A stretch of DNA of 64,000 bases from an uncultured Trueperaceae bacterium (GCA_963815215.1 CAWFFU010000004.1:1-64000), one strand, 5' to 3'. Counted from the first letter of the stretch, positions 1 through 13,689 are shown. Translations and numbers: made by a program. The notes: generated by a model not told the origin, from the letters alone.

Positions 1-17
1 CCTTTAGTCAAACAGAA

Positions 18-2959
<2,942 letters not shown>

Positions 2960-3027
2960 TTTTGCGGACTCATCCCGAGGAAGCAGACCTCGGCTCGTAT
3001 GCGCTCCTGTTCCCTGTCACTATTTTT

Positions 3028-3149
3028 TCTCTTCGTGCTTGTAGCGGCGTGGACCCACCCGATCCCATTCCGAACTCGGAAGTTAAGCACGCCAGCGCCG
3101 ATGATAGTTGGGGGGCAGCCCCCTGCGAAAGTAGGTCAGTGCGGGGAGA
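3028..3149 (+). rRNA. rrf: 5S ribosomal RNA
   Basis: CCCGATCCCATTCCGAACTCGGAAGTTAAG and GCGCCGATGATAG motifs; terminal stem TCTCTTCGTG/TGCGGGGAGA. Confidence 0.96.
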
Positions 3150-3160
3150 TTATATTCTCG

Positions 3161-3198
3161 GGCAGAGGGTCTAAGGCTTCGGTCTTAGACCTCTTGCC
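3161..3198 (+). other. Long spacer hairpin (cUUCGg loop) between 5S and tRNA-Gly, possible processing stem
   Basis: GGCAGAGGGTCTAAGGC-TTCG-GTCTTAGACCTCTTGCC inverted repeat. Confidence 0.7.
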
Positions 3199-3199
3199 G

Positions 3200-3276
<77 letters not shown>

Positions 3277-3305
3277 AAAGCGATACCGTGCCAGACGGTA
3301 AGTGT

Positions 3306-3333
3306 GCGGCCCCCACCCGACGGTGGGGGCCGC
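3306..3333. terminator. GC hairpin after the rRNA/tRNA operon, between convergent units
   Basis: GCGGCCCCCACC-CGAC-GGTGGGGGCCGC, a 12-bp stem with no clear U-tract. Confidence 0.55.
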
Positions 3334-3403
3334 TGCTTCGGGTAGGTGCCGCTGCCTGCCTCGCGGGCCTGCCCTCGATCCCGGTCCTAGGATGTGGCCG
3401 TCA

Positions 3404-6031
3404 TCAGTGCGGCGTGGTCCAGTAGTTCACGACCTCGACCTTCTGGCCGTCGATCGGCTGCACGTAGGTGAACAGCCCGAAATCGTAGTAGTTGGTGTTG
3501 AAGTGCGCCGGGTCGATGCTGCCGACCGTCCCGGTGTAGGTCGTTGACGTTCCGCTCGTGACCGTGAGGCTGGCGGAGGCTCCGTACCCGACATCGAACC
3601 CGGCGACGAATCCCTCGCCGGTGGTCTCGAAGCTGTAGGTGTACTGCATGGCGAGGCTACCGGTCTGACTGATCTCGTTGTCCACGGCGATGCTGAGCTG
3701 CGTGCTGCCGGTGCCCTCGCCGACCGTCCTGGGCCCGTTGTCGATGCCGCCGTACTGGTTCAAGAGGCTCACCTCCTGGGCGGCGCTCGGGTAACTGGAG
3801 ACGTCACCGATGGTGTGCTGGAAGACGGCCGAGTCGATCTTCAGGCCGTTGGGGGGGACCGACGCGTTGTAGAAGCCGCGTTCGGCGATCAGGGTGATGG
3901 GCGTGCGGGGCAGCGACACCACGACGAGTTTGCCGACGAGCGTTGGATCGGCGTCCGACACGATGGTGTAGGTGTACTGGTCGTAGGGGACGGTGGTGAA
4001 GATGACGCCGTCCTGCATGCTACCGGTGGCATAGGTGACGGTCTTGGTGACGTTGTAGGAGTTCGACGTCGTCATCGTCGCCGTGGCAGCGATCGCCTCC
4101 TTCTCGGTGGCGTTGAAGGTCCCGACGAACGGGATGGCGGCTTCCTCTTCGACTCCCACCGTCACCCCGGCCGTCACGCTGACGCTCACGCTGGAGCCGC
4201 CGCCCGAGCTGGTGCCCTGCCCGAAGGTCGTGACGCAGGCGCTCACGTTCTGGCCGATGTCCTTCCCGCATGGAGCGGCGGCCAGGGCCGCCAGGACGAT
4301 GGGCTGCGTGAAGACCAGCTTGTAGCTGCCGTCGGAGTACTTCAGGACGGGTCCTCCGGGCTCGGTCTGCGTCGGCACGAGGATGGGTCGGACGTTCGCC
4401 TGATAGCTGTAGGAGTTGGTGGCGATGGAGGAGAGCTGGGCCCAGCCGTCGTCCCCGACGGCCGTGACCTGCGACTGCCCCCACACCTGCACCTCCGGGT
4501 GCCATTGCACGTCGACGAGCAGGTTCTGCCGGCCGTCGGCAGTGACGTCGCCGACGGCGACGTCGGCCTTGGTGGGACTCAGGGTGACGCCCGCGTCGCT
4601 GCTGGAGTTGGCGATGAAGCTGGAGTCGGGCAGCTTCATCGCGGCGCCGTGGCTGTCCAATCGAGGGCAGAGGCCGGTGGAGCAGGTTGGCGACGAAGGC
4701 GCGTAATCATAGAGGAACTGGTTGGCGGCGATCGTGTCGACGCCGTTCCCGGTGAGGTCGAGCGTCTTCACGAAGGTGAAGTACACCTTCCAGGGGTTGT
4801 AGGCGTAGTTGCCGCAGCCGCTGAACGCCGCCTGCGGTTCGTAGATCGAACCCAGGGTCGCGAAGCCGTGCTCGGCGTCGTCGAGGGCCGTGACGATCTG
4901 ACCGTAGCCGCTGTTGCACTGATCGGTGAAGTTCGTCGGGCCGCCCATGACGACCTCGTTCACGCCGTCGCCGTCGATGTCGCCCAGGCTGACGTCGCCC
5001 GCAAGCGCCGCGTGCACGCCGCCGTCCGATCCCTGCACCGTGCCGCTCTTGAGCTCCGCGAAGCCGCTCGCGGCGTCGTCGAAGATGTGATAGCTGGCCG
5101 CGCCGCTGGGGCCGCTGGAAGCGAACTCGTCGACGACGACCGCCAGCTCGTCGGAGCGGTCGTAGTCGAGGTTGCCCGACGCGATCCGGAAGTACATCGC
5201 GGACCCGCTGATGGTGGGCGTGAAGGTCTTGGTGGCCGACGTATCGATCTGGTAGGTACCCGATGCCTTCTCGAGGAAGAGGAGCTCGCCATGGTCGGCA
5301 TACGCCGTGGCGATCACGATGTCGGACGTGCCGTCCCCGTTGAAGTCACCGGTCGCTACCGACACGTCGGTGATGCCGGCGGCGTCGGCGAGCGAGGTGG
5401 TGGTGCTGGCGTAGCTCTCCTTGCTGTCCTGGATGACGTCGAGCTTCAGGACCGGGTCGCCGCCGGGGCTGACCGGAGGGACCACGTAGGCGGCAACGAG
5501 CTCCTGCAGACCGTCGCCGTCCAGGTCGCCGGTCGCCACCGAGCGCAGCGACTGCACGGTGGGATCGATGCCCGATGCGTTGCTCGGGGCCGCCCACGGG
5601 TAGGTGGAGGTGTCGAAGCTCTTCAATGCAGACGCCGTGCCGTAGTCGGGCGTGCTGCTCGTGACCGTGGCGCCGGTGATCTTCATGAGGTTGCTCGTCT
5701 GGGCGTTCGAGGGCAAGGCGGGTCCCACCACCAGGACCGCGTCGTTGGGGTTGGCGGCGCTCTGGTTCGAGAAGTCCGGCGGGTTGCCGTAGGCCGCACT
5801 CGTGCCGAGGGGCGCGAAGCCGCTGGGCAGGGCGCCGCCGGAAGGCGACGTTCGTTGCGTCGGCGTGGTGTCGACCCCCAGCTTATTGAGCGCCGTTGCG
5901 ACGGGGTCCGTGCCCCCGCCCCCACCCGTTCCGCCGCCAGGCGAGGAGGACGAGCACCCGCTCAGAGCGGTGCAACCGGCGACGATCGACACGAACACAA
6001 CACCACGAAGATGACGAAGAACGTCTGGCAT
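3404..6031 (-). CDS. Large lipoprotein (~875 aa) with FG-GAP/VCBS-like repeats and a beta-rich C-terminal domain
   Basis: Start ATG 6031 follows the SD GGAGGAGG. Lipobox-like ALSGC and a Gly linker. Repeats GDLDGDGLQEL, GDFNGDGTSDI, GNLDYDRSDEL, GDIDGDGVNEV, GDVTADGRQNL. Confidence 0.85.
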   Translation of the reverse strand: MPDVLRHLRGVVFVSIVAGCTALSGCSSSSPGGGTGGGGGTDPVATALNKLGVDTTPTQRTSPSGGALPSGFAPLGTSAAYGNPPDFSNQSAANPNDAVLVVGPALPSNAQTSNLMKITGATVTSSTPDYGTASALKSFDTSTYPWAAPSNASGIDPTVQSLRSVATGDLDGDGLQELVAAYVVPPVSPGGDPVLKLDVIQDSKESYASTTTSLADAAGITDVSVATGDFNGDGTSDIVIATAYADHGELLFLEKASGTYQIDTSATKTFTPTISGSAMYFRIASGNLDYDRSDELAVVVDEFASSGPSGAASYHIFDDAASGFAELKSGTVQGSDGGVHAALAGDVSLGDIDGDGVNEVVMGGPTNFTDQCNSGYGQIVTALDDAEHGFATLGSIYEPQAAFSGCGNYAYNPWKVYFTFVKTLDLTGNGVDTIAANQFLYDYAPSSPTCSTGLCPRLDSHGAAMKLPDSSFIANSSSDAGVTLSPTKADVAVGDVTADGRQNLLVDVQWHPEVQVWGQSQVTAVGDDGWAQLSSIATNSYSYQANVRPILVPTQTEPGGPVLKYSDGSYKLVFTQPIVLAALAAAPCGKDIGQNVSACVTTFGQGTSSGGGSSVSVSVTAGVTVGVEEEAAIPFVGTFNATEKEAIAATATMTTSNSYNVTKTVTYATGSMQDGVIFTTVPYDQYTYTIVSDADPTLVGKLVVVSLPRTPITLIAERGFYNASVPPNGLKIDSAVFQHTIGDVSSYPSAAQEVSLLNQYGGIDNGPRTVGEGTGSTQLSIAVDNEISQTGSLAMQYTYSFETTGEGFVAGFDVGYGASASLTVTSGTSTTYTGTVGSIDPAHFNTNYYDFGLFTYVQPIDGQKVEVVNYWTTPH

Positions 6032-6278
6032 GGCGTCCCCTCCTCCTGCGGCGCGATGCCCTCCGTTGCGGATGGGACCGGCGCGCGGGCGCCCTGAGTG
6101 AGTTGCGGTGCGGCCAACAGCCGGACGCAAGGGATGCGGCAGTGGCCTCCGTCGTCGCTTCAGGGCGGGAACGTCCCCGCAAGGTGCGCCGACGACCGCA
6201 AGGGCAACCCGAATCCGGGCCAAGCACACCCCACCCAGCCCGCCCCTGCTTTCTTTCTCATGACGTAATGTCCTTCGG

Positions 6279-6307
6279 AGTATAGGCCACCAGGCGTGCC
6301 AGGGCAA
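6279..6307 (-). promoter_or_regulatory. sigma70-type promoter for the FG-GAP lipoprotein
   Basis: TTGCCC-N17-TATACT on the minus strand. Confidence 0.6.
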
Positions 6308-6359
6308 TCGGAGCGCGTGCGCCTCGACTCCGGGGAGACCTTGGCTCCGGGTTCCGGAT

Positions 6360-6400
6360 AGCGGGTTCGGCTACAGCGGGTTCGGCTACAGCGGGTTCAG
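6360..6400. repeat. 15-bp tandem repeat (AGCGGGTTCGGCTAC, about 2.7 copies)
   Basis: Seen directly. Confidence 0.85.
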
Positions 6401-6455
6401 TTGGGGTGCGGTGCGCTTACGGGACGGCGAGCAGCGTGACGAAGCGACGTCGGAA

Positions 6456-7452
6456 TCACGCGCCTACGTTCGACGAGGTCACGATGGGCTTGGGCGGCGC
6501 CACAGAGCGCACCGCCAGCGAGCTACGGCTGCGCGACCAAGCGGTCGAAACATCGGGATCGGACGGAGCCTCCGCCAGGACCTGTCGGATGTGGTGTTCC
6601 ATGCGATTGGCCGACGCGATCCCAGCTGTAGCGATCCTGGGCGAGCGCGCGGCCGTTCTCGCCGAGACGGCGACGGCGCTGTGGGTCCGAAAGCAGCTCG
6701 TCGAGGTGGGTCGCCAGGGTGTCGGCGTCGCCGGGGTGACGGGGGCGGATCCGGCGGAAGGCTTCCAGAAGGGTGGGGCCCCCCTTGCGCTCCCAGTCCA
6801 AGCCGACGAACAGGATGCGCTTGCCGTCGTGGCGCTCGCCCGACCTCGGGCGTAGCGCGACCTTCACGTTGCTCCCGGCATACACGCAGTGCACCCGCTC
6901 CGGCTCGAGGCCGTAGTGGGTGACGAGGGTCTGCAGCACGTTGTGGCTCCGCACGAACACACGCGAGGCGTTGTGGTAGATGGCCGCCTCGAGGGCCTGC
7001 CAACGGGGGGGATAGAGGCTTCGCTCCAGGCCTGATGTGTACTCCAGGTTGCTGCGGTTGGTGTGATCGGTATAGATGAGATGGGGAACGCCGGGCACGC
7101 TCGTGTCGAACAACGACTGCATCTGGAAGGAGAAGGCGTGTTCGCCGGGACGGATCCATTCGCGGGCCAGGCGCTTGATGCGGCCGTAGAGGTAGCGCGT
7201 ACGAAGGAAGCTCTGACGCACCTTGCGTCTGCCCCTCAAGATGTCCCAGCCGTAGGCGCCCGGGGTCGCGCCGGCGTTGACGGCCAGGAGGTCCGGGCGA
7301 GAACGCACCAGCGTCGAGAGATCGAGCACGTCGACCTCGTACTCGGGGAAGCGTTGCTTGAGCTGCGCCAGCACGAACTCCGACGCCAGGGGGATGGTCC
7401 CCACCTTCAGGAAAGCGATACGCTTGGCCGTGCCGGCGGACGGCGCGCTCAT
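6456..7452 (-). pseudogene. Glycosyltransferase family 4, internally deleted and frameshifted
   Basis: GT-B motifs ILFVGLDWERKGG and PGDADTLA...YSWDRV are present. The catalytic EX7E region between RHP and GDAD is missing, and there is an extra G near 6611. Confidence 0.75.
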
Positions 7453-7899
7453 CCTGTTGCGGCGACGCAACCGAGCCGGACGGCACGGTCCGGCTGTTGA
7501 GCGGGCAACCCGCTCATGGACGTCGGCGATCGATGTTCCATCGGGCTACTGCAGCCGACGATCGGGGCCCCTCGATGACGCTCCAGGAGCCGGGGAATCG
7601 CCCCGGTGGATCCCGCTGTGACGCGACGGCCGAACGGTCGTTCGGTAGCCGATGGCACGAGCGATACCGGGGCCCGCCGCGCGTCCCGCAGGGAGGCCCG
7701 GGGGCTCTGGCGTCGCGCGCCGTCAGGACGGAGCGTGTAACGGTTGCGGAACTTCCGGGAGGTCGTCCCGGAGCACGCTCATAGATAGTAGGATGTTTTC
7801 TACGGTGATCGACTTGCTTGGCCCCTCCGTGGGCAACCCGCCGCTTACCGAAGAGAACGCGGGTGACCGGGGAGAGGCCCGGCACCGAAGGAGGAACTG

Positions 7900-8982
7900 A
7901 TGAGAAAGGCTACCGGCCTGGCATTCGTCGTTGCAGTGGTGTTGGCCTTCGGCGCGACCTTCGCGCTCGCTCAGGGCAGCAACAAGACCTCGACCAGTTC
8001 GAACTTGCTTGCCGGCGTCGTCACCGACACCGGCGGTATCGACGACCGGTCGTTCAACGCCTCGGCATGGCAGGGCCTCAAGGAAGCGGAAGCGGCCTAC
8101 GGCATCAAGGCCCAGTACCTGTCATCGACGAACCAGAGCGACTACGCCCCCAACATCCAGGCCTTCATCCAGAAGAACGCCAACCTCATCGTTACGGTCG
8201 GCTTCCTCATGGGCGACGCGACCAAGGCCGCGGCTGCGGCCCACCCGGACCAGAAGTTCGCCATCGTGGACTACACCTACGATCCCGCGATCCCGAACGT
8301 TCTCGGTCTGATCTACAACACCAACCAGGCCGCCTTCCTCGGCGGCTACCTGGCCGCGGCGATGTCGAAGTCGGGCGCCGTGGGGACCTTCGGCGGCATG
8401 AAGATCCCGACCGTCACCATCTACATGGACGGCTTCACCGCCGGTGTCCGCTACTACGACCAGCAGAACGGCAAGTCCGTCAAGGTCCTCGGCTGGGATC
8501 CCGAGAAGGCCTCCGGCACCTTCACCAACGACTTCACCAACCAGGCGAAGGGCAAGACGGTGACCGAGGCCCTGATGAACCAGGGCGCCGACATCATCTT
8601 CCCGGTCGCAGGCTCGGTGGGCCTGGGCTCGGCCGCCGCCGTGCAACAGCACGACAGCGCCTCCCCGAACAGCCCGGTGTACATGGAGTGGGTCGACACC
8701 GACGGCTGCGTGTCCGCTCCCCAGTACTGCAGCCTCTTCCTGACCAGCGTCACCAAGGGGATCGCCAACTCGGTCAAGGCGGCCGTCGGTGAGGTCCTCG
8801 ACGGCACCTTCAAGGGCGGCAACTACGTCGGCACGCTCGAGAACGGCGGCACCGGCCTCGCTCCCTTCCACGACTTCGAGAGCAAGATCCCCGACGCGGT
8901 GAAGTCGGAGCTGCAGACCATCAAGAAGGGCATCATCGACGGCTCGATCTCCGTCGATCCGAAGTCCTATCCCATTCCGTGA
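7900..8982 (+). CDS. BMP-family ABC transporter substrate-binding protein (nucleoside/purine)
   Basis: DTGGIDDRSFN and GADIIFPVAG motifs; signal peptide; SD GGAGG. Confidence 0.92.
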   Translation: MRKATGLAFVVAVVLAFGATFALAQGSNKTSTSSNLLAGVVTDTGGIDDRSFNASAWQGLKEAEAAYGIKAQYLSSTNQSDYAPNIQAFIQKNANLIVTVGFLMGDATKAAAAAHPDQKFAIVDYTYDPAIPNVLGLIYNTNQAAFLGGYLAAAMSKSGAVGTFGGMKIPTVTIYMDGFTAGVRYYDQQNGKSVKVLGWDPEKASGTFTNDFTNQAKGKTVTEALMNQGADIIFPVAGSVGLGSAAAVQQHDSASPNSPVYMEWVDTDGCVSAPQYCSLFLTSVTKGIANSVKAAVGEVLDGTFKGGNYVGTLENGGTGLAPFHDFESKIPDAVKSELQTIKKGIIDGSISVDPKSYPIP

Positions 8983-9012
8983 CGACGGTCGTAGCCGCGC
9001 TTTCCGAACGCA

Positions 9013-10545
9013 ATGCGCCTTGAGCTACGTGGCATAACCAAGCGGTTCGGTGACCTCGTCGCCAACGACCGCATCGACCTGACCGCCGAGGGGGGCGAAG
9101 TGCACGCCCTCCTCGGCGAGAACGGCGCCGGCAAGACGACGCTCATGAACGTTCTCGACGGTCTGTACCGGCCGGACGAGGGCACCATCCTCATCGATGG
9201 CCAGCCTGTCCGGTTCGGGGACCCCGGCGATGCCATCCGGGCGGGCATCGGCATGGTGCACCAGAACTTCATGCTCATCCCGGTGTTCACGGTCGCCGAG
9301 AACGTCATGCTCGGTTTCGAGCGCACGCGCCGCGGCGGCTTCCTCGACCGGAAACGGGCCCGCTCGGAGATCCGGGAGCTGTCGGTGCGCTTCCGCTTGG
9401 AGGTCGATCCCGACGCGCTCGTCGGCGATCTCTCGGTCGGACAGCAGCAGCGCGTCGAGATCGTCAAGGCGTTGGCGCGCGAGGCGCAGGTGCTCATCCT
9501 CGACGAACCCACCGCGGTGCTCACGCCGCAGGAGATCGACGACCTGTTCCGGGTCGTTCGCTCCCTCCGTGAGTCGGGGAAGACGATCCTCTTCATCACC
9601 CACAAGCTCAAGGAGGTGCTGGCGGTGGCCGACCGGATCACCGTCATCCGTCTGGGGAAGGTGATCGGATCGACGCTCCCAAGCGAGACCGACGAGTCGC
9701 GGCTGGCCTCGATGATGGTCGGTCGCGGCGTCGAGCTGCAGGTGAGCAAGGAGCCGGCGAAGCCCGGAGAGCCGGTGCTCGAGGTGGAAGACCTTACGGC
9801 ACTCGACGATGCGGGCCAGGTCGCCGTGGACGGGGTGTCCTTCCGGGTACGCGCCGGTGAGATCCTGTCGGTCGCCGGCGTGCAGGGCAACGGCCAGACC
9901 GAGCTCGCCGAGGCGCTCACGGGGTTGGCCACGGTGGTCGCCGGCACGGTCCGCATCGCTGGCAAGGACGTGACCGGGGCTTCTCCGAAGGATGTCCTCC
10001 GCTCGGGGGTGGGCCACGTGCCGGAGGACCGTCTGCGCGACGGCCTGGTGGGTAGCTTCTCTATTGCCGAGAATTTGATCCTGGACGTCTTCGATGAGGC
10101 GCCCTACTCGCACCGAGGTGCCCTCGACTGGGCCCGCATCCATTCCAGTGCCGAGGAGCGCTTGAAGGAGTTCGATATCCGAGCTAGCAGCATCCACACC
10201 GCCGCTGCGACGCTGTCCGGGGGCAACCAGCAGAAGGTCATCGTCGCCCGTGAGCTCTCGCGGGACATCCGTCTGATCATCGTGGCGCAGCCCACGCGCG
10301 GCCTCGACGTCGCCTCGATCGAGTACGTGCACCGTCGGCTGGTGGCGGCTCGGGACGCGGGCGCGGCCGTGCTGCTGATCTCCGCGGAGCTCGACGAGGC
10401 CATGCAGCTCGCCGACCGTATCGTGATCATGTACCGTGGGAAGCTCGTCGGGCCCTATGAGCAGTCGGACGTAACGAGGGACCAGGTCGGGTTGCTGATG
10501 GCGGGGGGCCGACCTGAGGAGATCATGGCCGGGGGCGCGCGATGA
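9013..10545 (+). CDS. Nucleoside/sugar ABC transporter ATP-binding protein (two NBDs)
   Basis: [30 protein letters not shown]. Confidence 0.95.
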   Translation: MRLELRGITKRFGDLVANDRIDLTAEGGEVHALLGENGAGKTTLMNVLDGLYRPDEGTILIDGQPVRFGDPGDAIRAGIGMVHQNFMLIPVFTVAENVMLGFERTRRGGFLDRKRARSEIRELSVRFRLEVDPDALVGDLSVGQQQRVEIVKALAREAQVLILDEPTAVLTPQEIDDLFRVVRSLRESGKTILFITHKLKEVLAVADRITVIRLGKVIGSTLPSETDESRLASMMVGRGVELQVSKEPAKPGEPVLEVEDLTALDDAGQVAVDGVSFRVRAGEILSVAGVQGNGQTELAEALTGLATVVAGTVRIAGKDVTGASPKDVLRSGVGHVPEDRLRDGLVGSFSIAENLILDVFDEAPYSHRGALDWARIHSSAEERLKEFDIRASSIHTAAATLSGGNQQKVIVARELSRDIRLIIVAQPTRGLDVASIEYVHRRLVAARDAGAAVLLISAELDEAMQLADRIVIMYRGKLVGPYEQSDVTRDQVGLLMAGGRPEEIMAGGAR

Positions 10546-11804
10546 GCGACGATCCCGTTCGGCCCGGGGCCGATCCGCGCGCAGGGTCCTCCGTCCTCGC
10601 AGGGCTCGGCCGCTTCTTCCTGAGCGGCAACATGGTGATGGTCACCTTCCTCGCCTTCGTGAGCGCGCTCGTCATCGGGGCGATCATCATCATCCTGGCG
10701 AGCCCGGATGCCATGGCCGCCTGGGACCACGTCGGCCGGGCGCCGGGTGCGGCCTTCGCGCGGAGCTGGCACGCTATCGCCACCGCCTACTCGGCGCTCT
10801 TCATCGGCTCGATCGGGAGCCCGCGCGGCATCGTGCAGGCGATCGCGAGCGGAGACGGCCAGCAGATCTCGAGAGCCTTCTATCCGTTGTCGGAGACGCT
10901 GGTCTCGACGACCCCGCTGATGATGTCGGGTCTGGGCATCGCGCTCGCGTTCCGGGCCGGGCTGTTCGACATCGGCGGTCAGGGCCAGCTCATCCTCGGT
11001 GCGCTCGGGGCGACCCTGGCCGGTTTCCTCATGCCGGGTCTTCCCATCTACCTACACCTGCCTCTCGCCATCGTCGTGGGTGCGGCGTTCGGCGCGGTAT
11101 GGGGCTTCATCCCCGGCCTCCTCAAGGCGCGCACGGGCGCGCACGAGGTCATCACCTCGATGATGCTCAACTACGTCGCGCTGAACCTCCTGACCTACCT
11201 GCTCACCACGGCGCTGTTCCAGAAGCCGCCGCGCTACCAGCCCGTGTCCAAGGCCGTTGCGGCCACGGCGCAGCTGCCCCACATCGCCGGGCCGTCGTTG
11301 CGCGTGAACCTCGGCATCGTGCTGGCGGTGATCAGCATGGTGGGGGTCGCGTGGCTCCTTCAGCGAAGCACGCTCGGCTTCAGGTTCCGGATGCTCGGGG
11401 CCAACCGCGACGCGGCGCGCGTCGCCGGCGTGAACATCAGCCGGCAGTACGTGCTCGCGATGACGCTGGCGGGAGCGATCGTGGGGCTCGCCGGCACCTT
11501 CATGGTGCTCGGCGTCGACCACCAGATCGCCTCGGGCTACGGAGGCACCATCGGCTTCGACGGCATCACGGTCGCGATCCTCGGTCAGGGCAATCCCTAC
11601 GGCGTCGGGCTGTCGGCGCTGCTGTTCGGGGCCTTCGCGGCCGGCGGCCGGACGATGCAGCTCAACGCGAACATCCCGCTTCAGCTCGTGCAGGTGCTGC
11701 AGGCGGTGCTGGTTCTGTTCGTGGCGGCGCCCGGCGTCATCCGCACCATCTTCCGGATCCGCGTGCGCGGAGCCGGTAGGGTCTTCGGAGGCTGGTCCGG
11801 ATGA
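10542..11804 (+). CDS. Nucleoside ABC transporter permease
   Basis: [36 protein letters not shown] overlap with the upstream gene. Confidence 0.92.
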   Translation: MSDDPVRPGADPRAGSSVLAGLGRFFLSGNMVMVTFLAFVSALVIGAIIIILASPDAMAAWDHVGRAPGAAFARSWHAIATAYSALFIGSIGSPRGIVQAIASGDGQQISRAFYPLSETLVSTTPLMMSGLGIALAFRAGLFDIGGQGQLILGALGATLAGFLMPGLPIYLHLPLAIVVGAAFGAVWGFIPGLLKARTGAHEVITSMMLNYVALNLLTYLLTTALFQKPPRYQPVSKAVAATAQLPHIAGPSLRVNLGIVLAVISMVGVAWLLQRSTLGFRFRMLGANRDAARVAGVNISRQYVLAMTLAGAIVGLAGTFMVLGVDHQIASGYGGTIGFDGITVAILGQGNPYGVGLSALLFGAFAAGGRTMQLNANIPLQLVQVLQAVLVLFVAAPGVIRTIFRIRVRGAGRVFGGWSG

Positions 11805-13081
11805 GCGACTCCCCGTCCACCGTGCTCGAAGGCCGGGAGCTGCGCAAAGACCTGGCCGCCGTGCGTCGGCGGGGGCTGGCGATCGCTCTGTGGGTGCTCG
11901 CGGCGCTCGACCTGCTGGTGTTCGCGCGCACGGTCTCGCCCGGCTCGACGACGGTCTTCGAGTTCAACGCCCCGCCTGCCCTTCCGATGCCGGCCCTCCA
12001 CCTCCCGGTGTTCGCCACGCTCCTCGTGCTCGGGATCGTCTGCGTCCTGCTGGGCGTGGTGCAGTACCTGTGGAAGGGGAATCGGCAGACGTACCTGCTC
12101 CTTGGCATCGGCCTGGCGCTGACGGGCGTCGCCTTCCTCGCCTGGGCGGGGAAGGGAGAGACGGTCGACATCGAGGGCCTGCTCATGACCTCGCTCATCG
12201 AGGCGGTGCCCCTCACCCTCGGAGCCCTCTCCGGGCTGCTGTGTGAGCGTTCGGGTGTCATCAACATCGCCATCGAGGGACAGTTCCTCATCGCCGCCTT
12301 CGTCGGGGCGGTGGTCGGGAGCGCCACCGGGAACCTGTGGCTCGGGCTGCTGTGCGGCGCGCTCTCCGGGGGGCTGGTGGGGCTGCTCCTTGCCGTCTTC
12401 ACCATCACCTACCGGGCGGACCAGATCATCGTGGGCGTCGTCATCGATGCCTTCGCCCTGGGCCTGACGACGTTCTTCTTGTTGAGCCTGCTCGTGCCCA
12501 ACCAGATGACGCTCAACAGCCCGGCGGTCTTCGGGCCGATCCCCATCCCGCTCCTCGACAGGATCCCGGTCGTCGGGCCGCTGCTGTTCAACCAGAACAT
12601 CATGGTCTACCTCACCATCATCATCCTGGTGGTCGTGCAGGTCGCGCTCTTCCAGACACGTTGGGGCCTGAGGGTGCGTGCGGTCGGCGAGCATCCCCGG
12701 GCGGCCGAGACGGTGGGGATCAAGGTCCAGCGGGTACGTTACCGCAACGTCATCCTCGGCGGTATCGTCGCGGGTATCGGCGGCGCCTCCTTCACCATCG
12801 GATCCACAGGCCAGTTCGCCCACAACATGACCGCGGGCCTGGGCTACATCGCCCTCGCGGCGATGATCTTCGGGCGATGGCGCCCTCTCGGGGCTCTCGG
12901 GGCGGCCCTCCTCTTCGGCTTCTTCGACGCCCTGCAGTTCACCCTGTCGGCGCTGAACGCCCCGATCCCGTCGGATTTCCTCTCGATGTTCCCCTACCTG
13001 GCGACGATCATCGCGGTAGCAGGGCTGGTGGGCCGGGTCGTGCCCCCCGCAGCCGACGGACAGCCCTACGCGCGCGAGTGA
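11801..13081 (+). CDS. Nucleoside ABC transporter permease
   Basis: ERSGVINIAIEG, RAVGEHP, GYIALAAMIFGRW, PAADGQPY. Confidence 0.92.
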   Translation: MSDSPSTVLEGRELRKDLAAVRRRGLAIALWVLAALDLLVFARTVSPGSTTVFEFNAPPALPMPALHLPVFATLLVLGIVCVLLGVVQYLWKGNRQTYLLLGIGLALTGVAFLAWAGKGETVDIEGLLMTSLIEAVPLTLGALSGLLCERSGVINIAIEGQFLIAAFVGAVVGSATGNLWLGLLCGALSGGLVGLLLAVFTITYRADQIIVGVVIDAFALGLTTFFLLSLLVPNQMTLNSPAVFGPIPIPLLDRIPVVGPLLFNQNIMVYLTIIILVVVQVALFQTRWGLRVRAVGEHPRAAETVGIKVQRVRYRNVILGGIVAGIGGASFTIGSTGQFAHNMTAGLGYIALAAMIFGRWRPLGALGAALLFGFFDALQFTLSALNAPIPSDFLSMFPYLATIIAVAGLVGRVVPPAADGQPYARE

Positions 13082-13088
13082 TGCGCAC

Positions 13089-13640
13089 GTGGAGGGGATC
13101 GAAGCCGCTCCCGGCAGTCCGTCGGTCGATCGCATCCTGATAGGGCAGGTGCCGACCCCTGCGCAGCTGCGCGCCTTCGCCGAAGGCGCGCAGGCGGACG
13201 GTCGGCGGCTGGTGGTCGGCGCCCTGATCCACGACCCCGCGGGGCGTTTGTTCGTGCAGCAGCGCAGCCAGGACCGGGCGCTGTACCCCGGCTGCTGGGA
13301 TGTGGTGGGGGGCCACGCCGAGGCCGGGGAGGGCGTCCTCGAGGCGCTGGCGCGCGAGGTGCTGGAGGAGACCGGCTGGCGCCTCGCGGTCGTGGGCGAG
13401 GTGGTCGAGATCCTCGACTGGCAGGCCGGCGCCGAGTCCAAGCGCGAGATCGACCTGCTGGTCGCGGTCGAGGGGGACCTGGACGCGCCCAGGCTGGAGC
13501 GCGGCAAGCACACCACGGCCCGCTGGCTGGCGCCCGACGAGCTGCCGCTGCTGCTGCAACGGCGCGACCCCGACGACGTCTTCATCCACGACATCGTGCG
13601 CCGCGCGTTCGTGCTGTTGGCGCAGCGCCCGGCTCCGTAG
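13089..13640 (+). CDS. NUDIX hydrolase
   Basis: Nudix box GGHAEAGEGVLEALAREVLEETG. Confidence 0.9.
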   Translation: MEGIEAAPGSPSVDRILIGQVPTPAQLRAFAEGAQADGRRLVVGALIHDPAGRLFVQQRSQDRALYPGCWDVVGGHAEAGEGVLEALAREVLEETGWRLAVVGEVVEILDWQAGAESKREIDLLVAVEGDLDAPRLERGKHTTARWLAPDELPLLLQRRDPDDVFIHDIVRRAFVLLAQRPAP

Positions 13641-13689
13641 CCGCGTTGCGCAAGAGGGGGGACGCAGGCGGGGACGGGTCGGGTGAGAC

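Noticed and set aside
1..17. Unlinked 16S (split rRNA operon)
   Set aside because: Plausible for this lineage, but only 17 nt upstream of 23S are visible, so it cannot be assessed.
7868..7897. Glycine-riboswitch-like GGAGAG...CACCGAAGGAG upstream of the BMP gene
   Set aside because: The 3' half (CTCTCAGG) is absent, and the GAAGGAGG doubles as the SD.
7793..7900. uORF MFSTVIDLL...RRRN with TGATG overlap on the BMP start
   Set aside because: No properly spaced -10 precedes the ATG and the BMP gene has its own strong SD, so it was too weak to count with the other uORFs.
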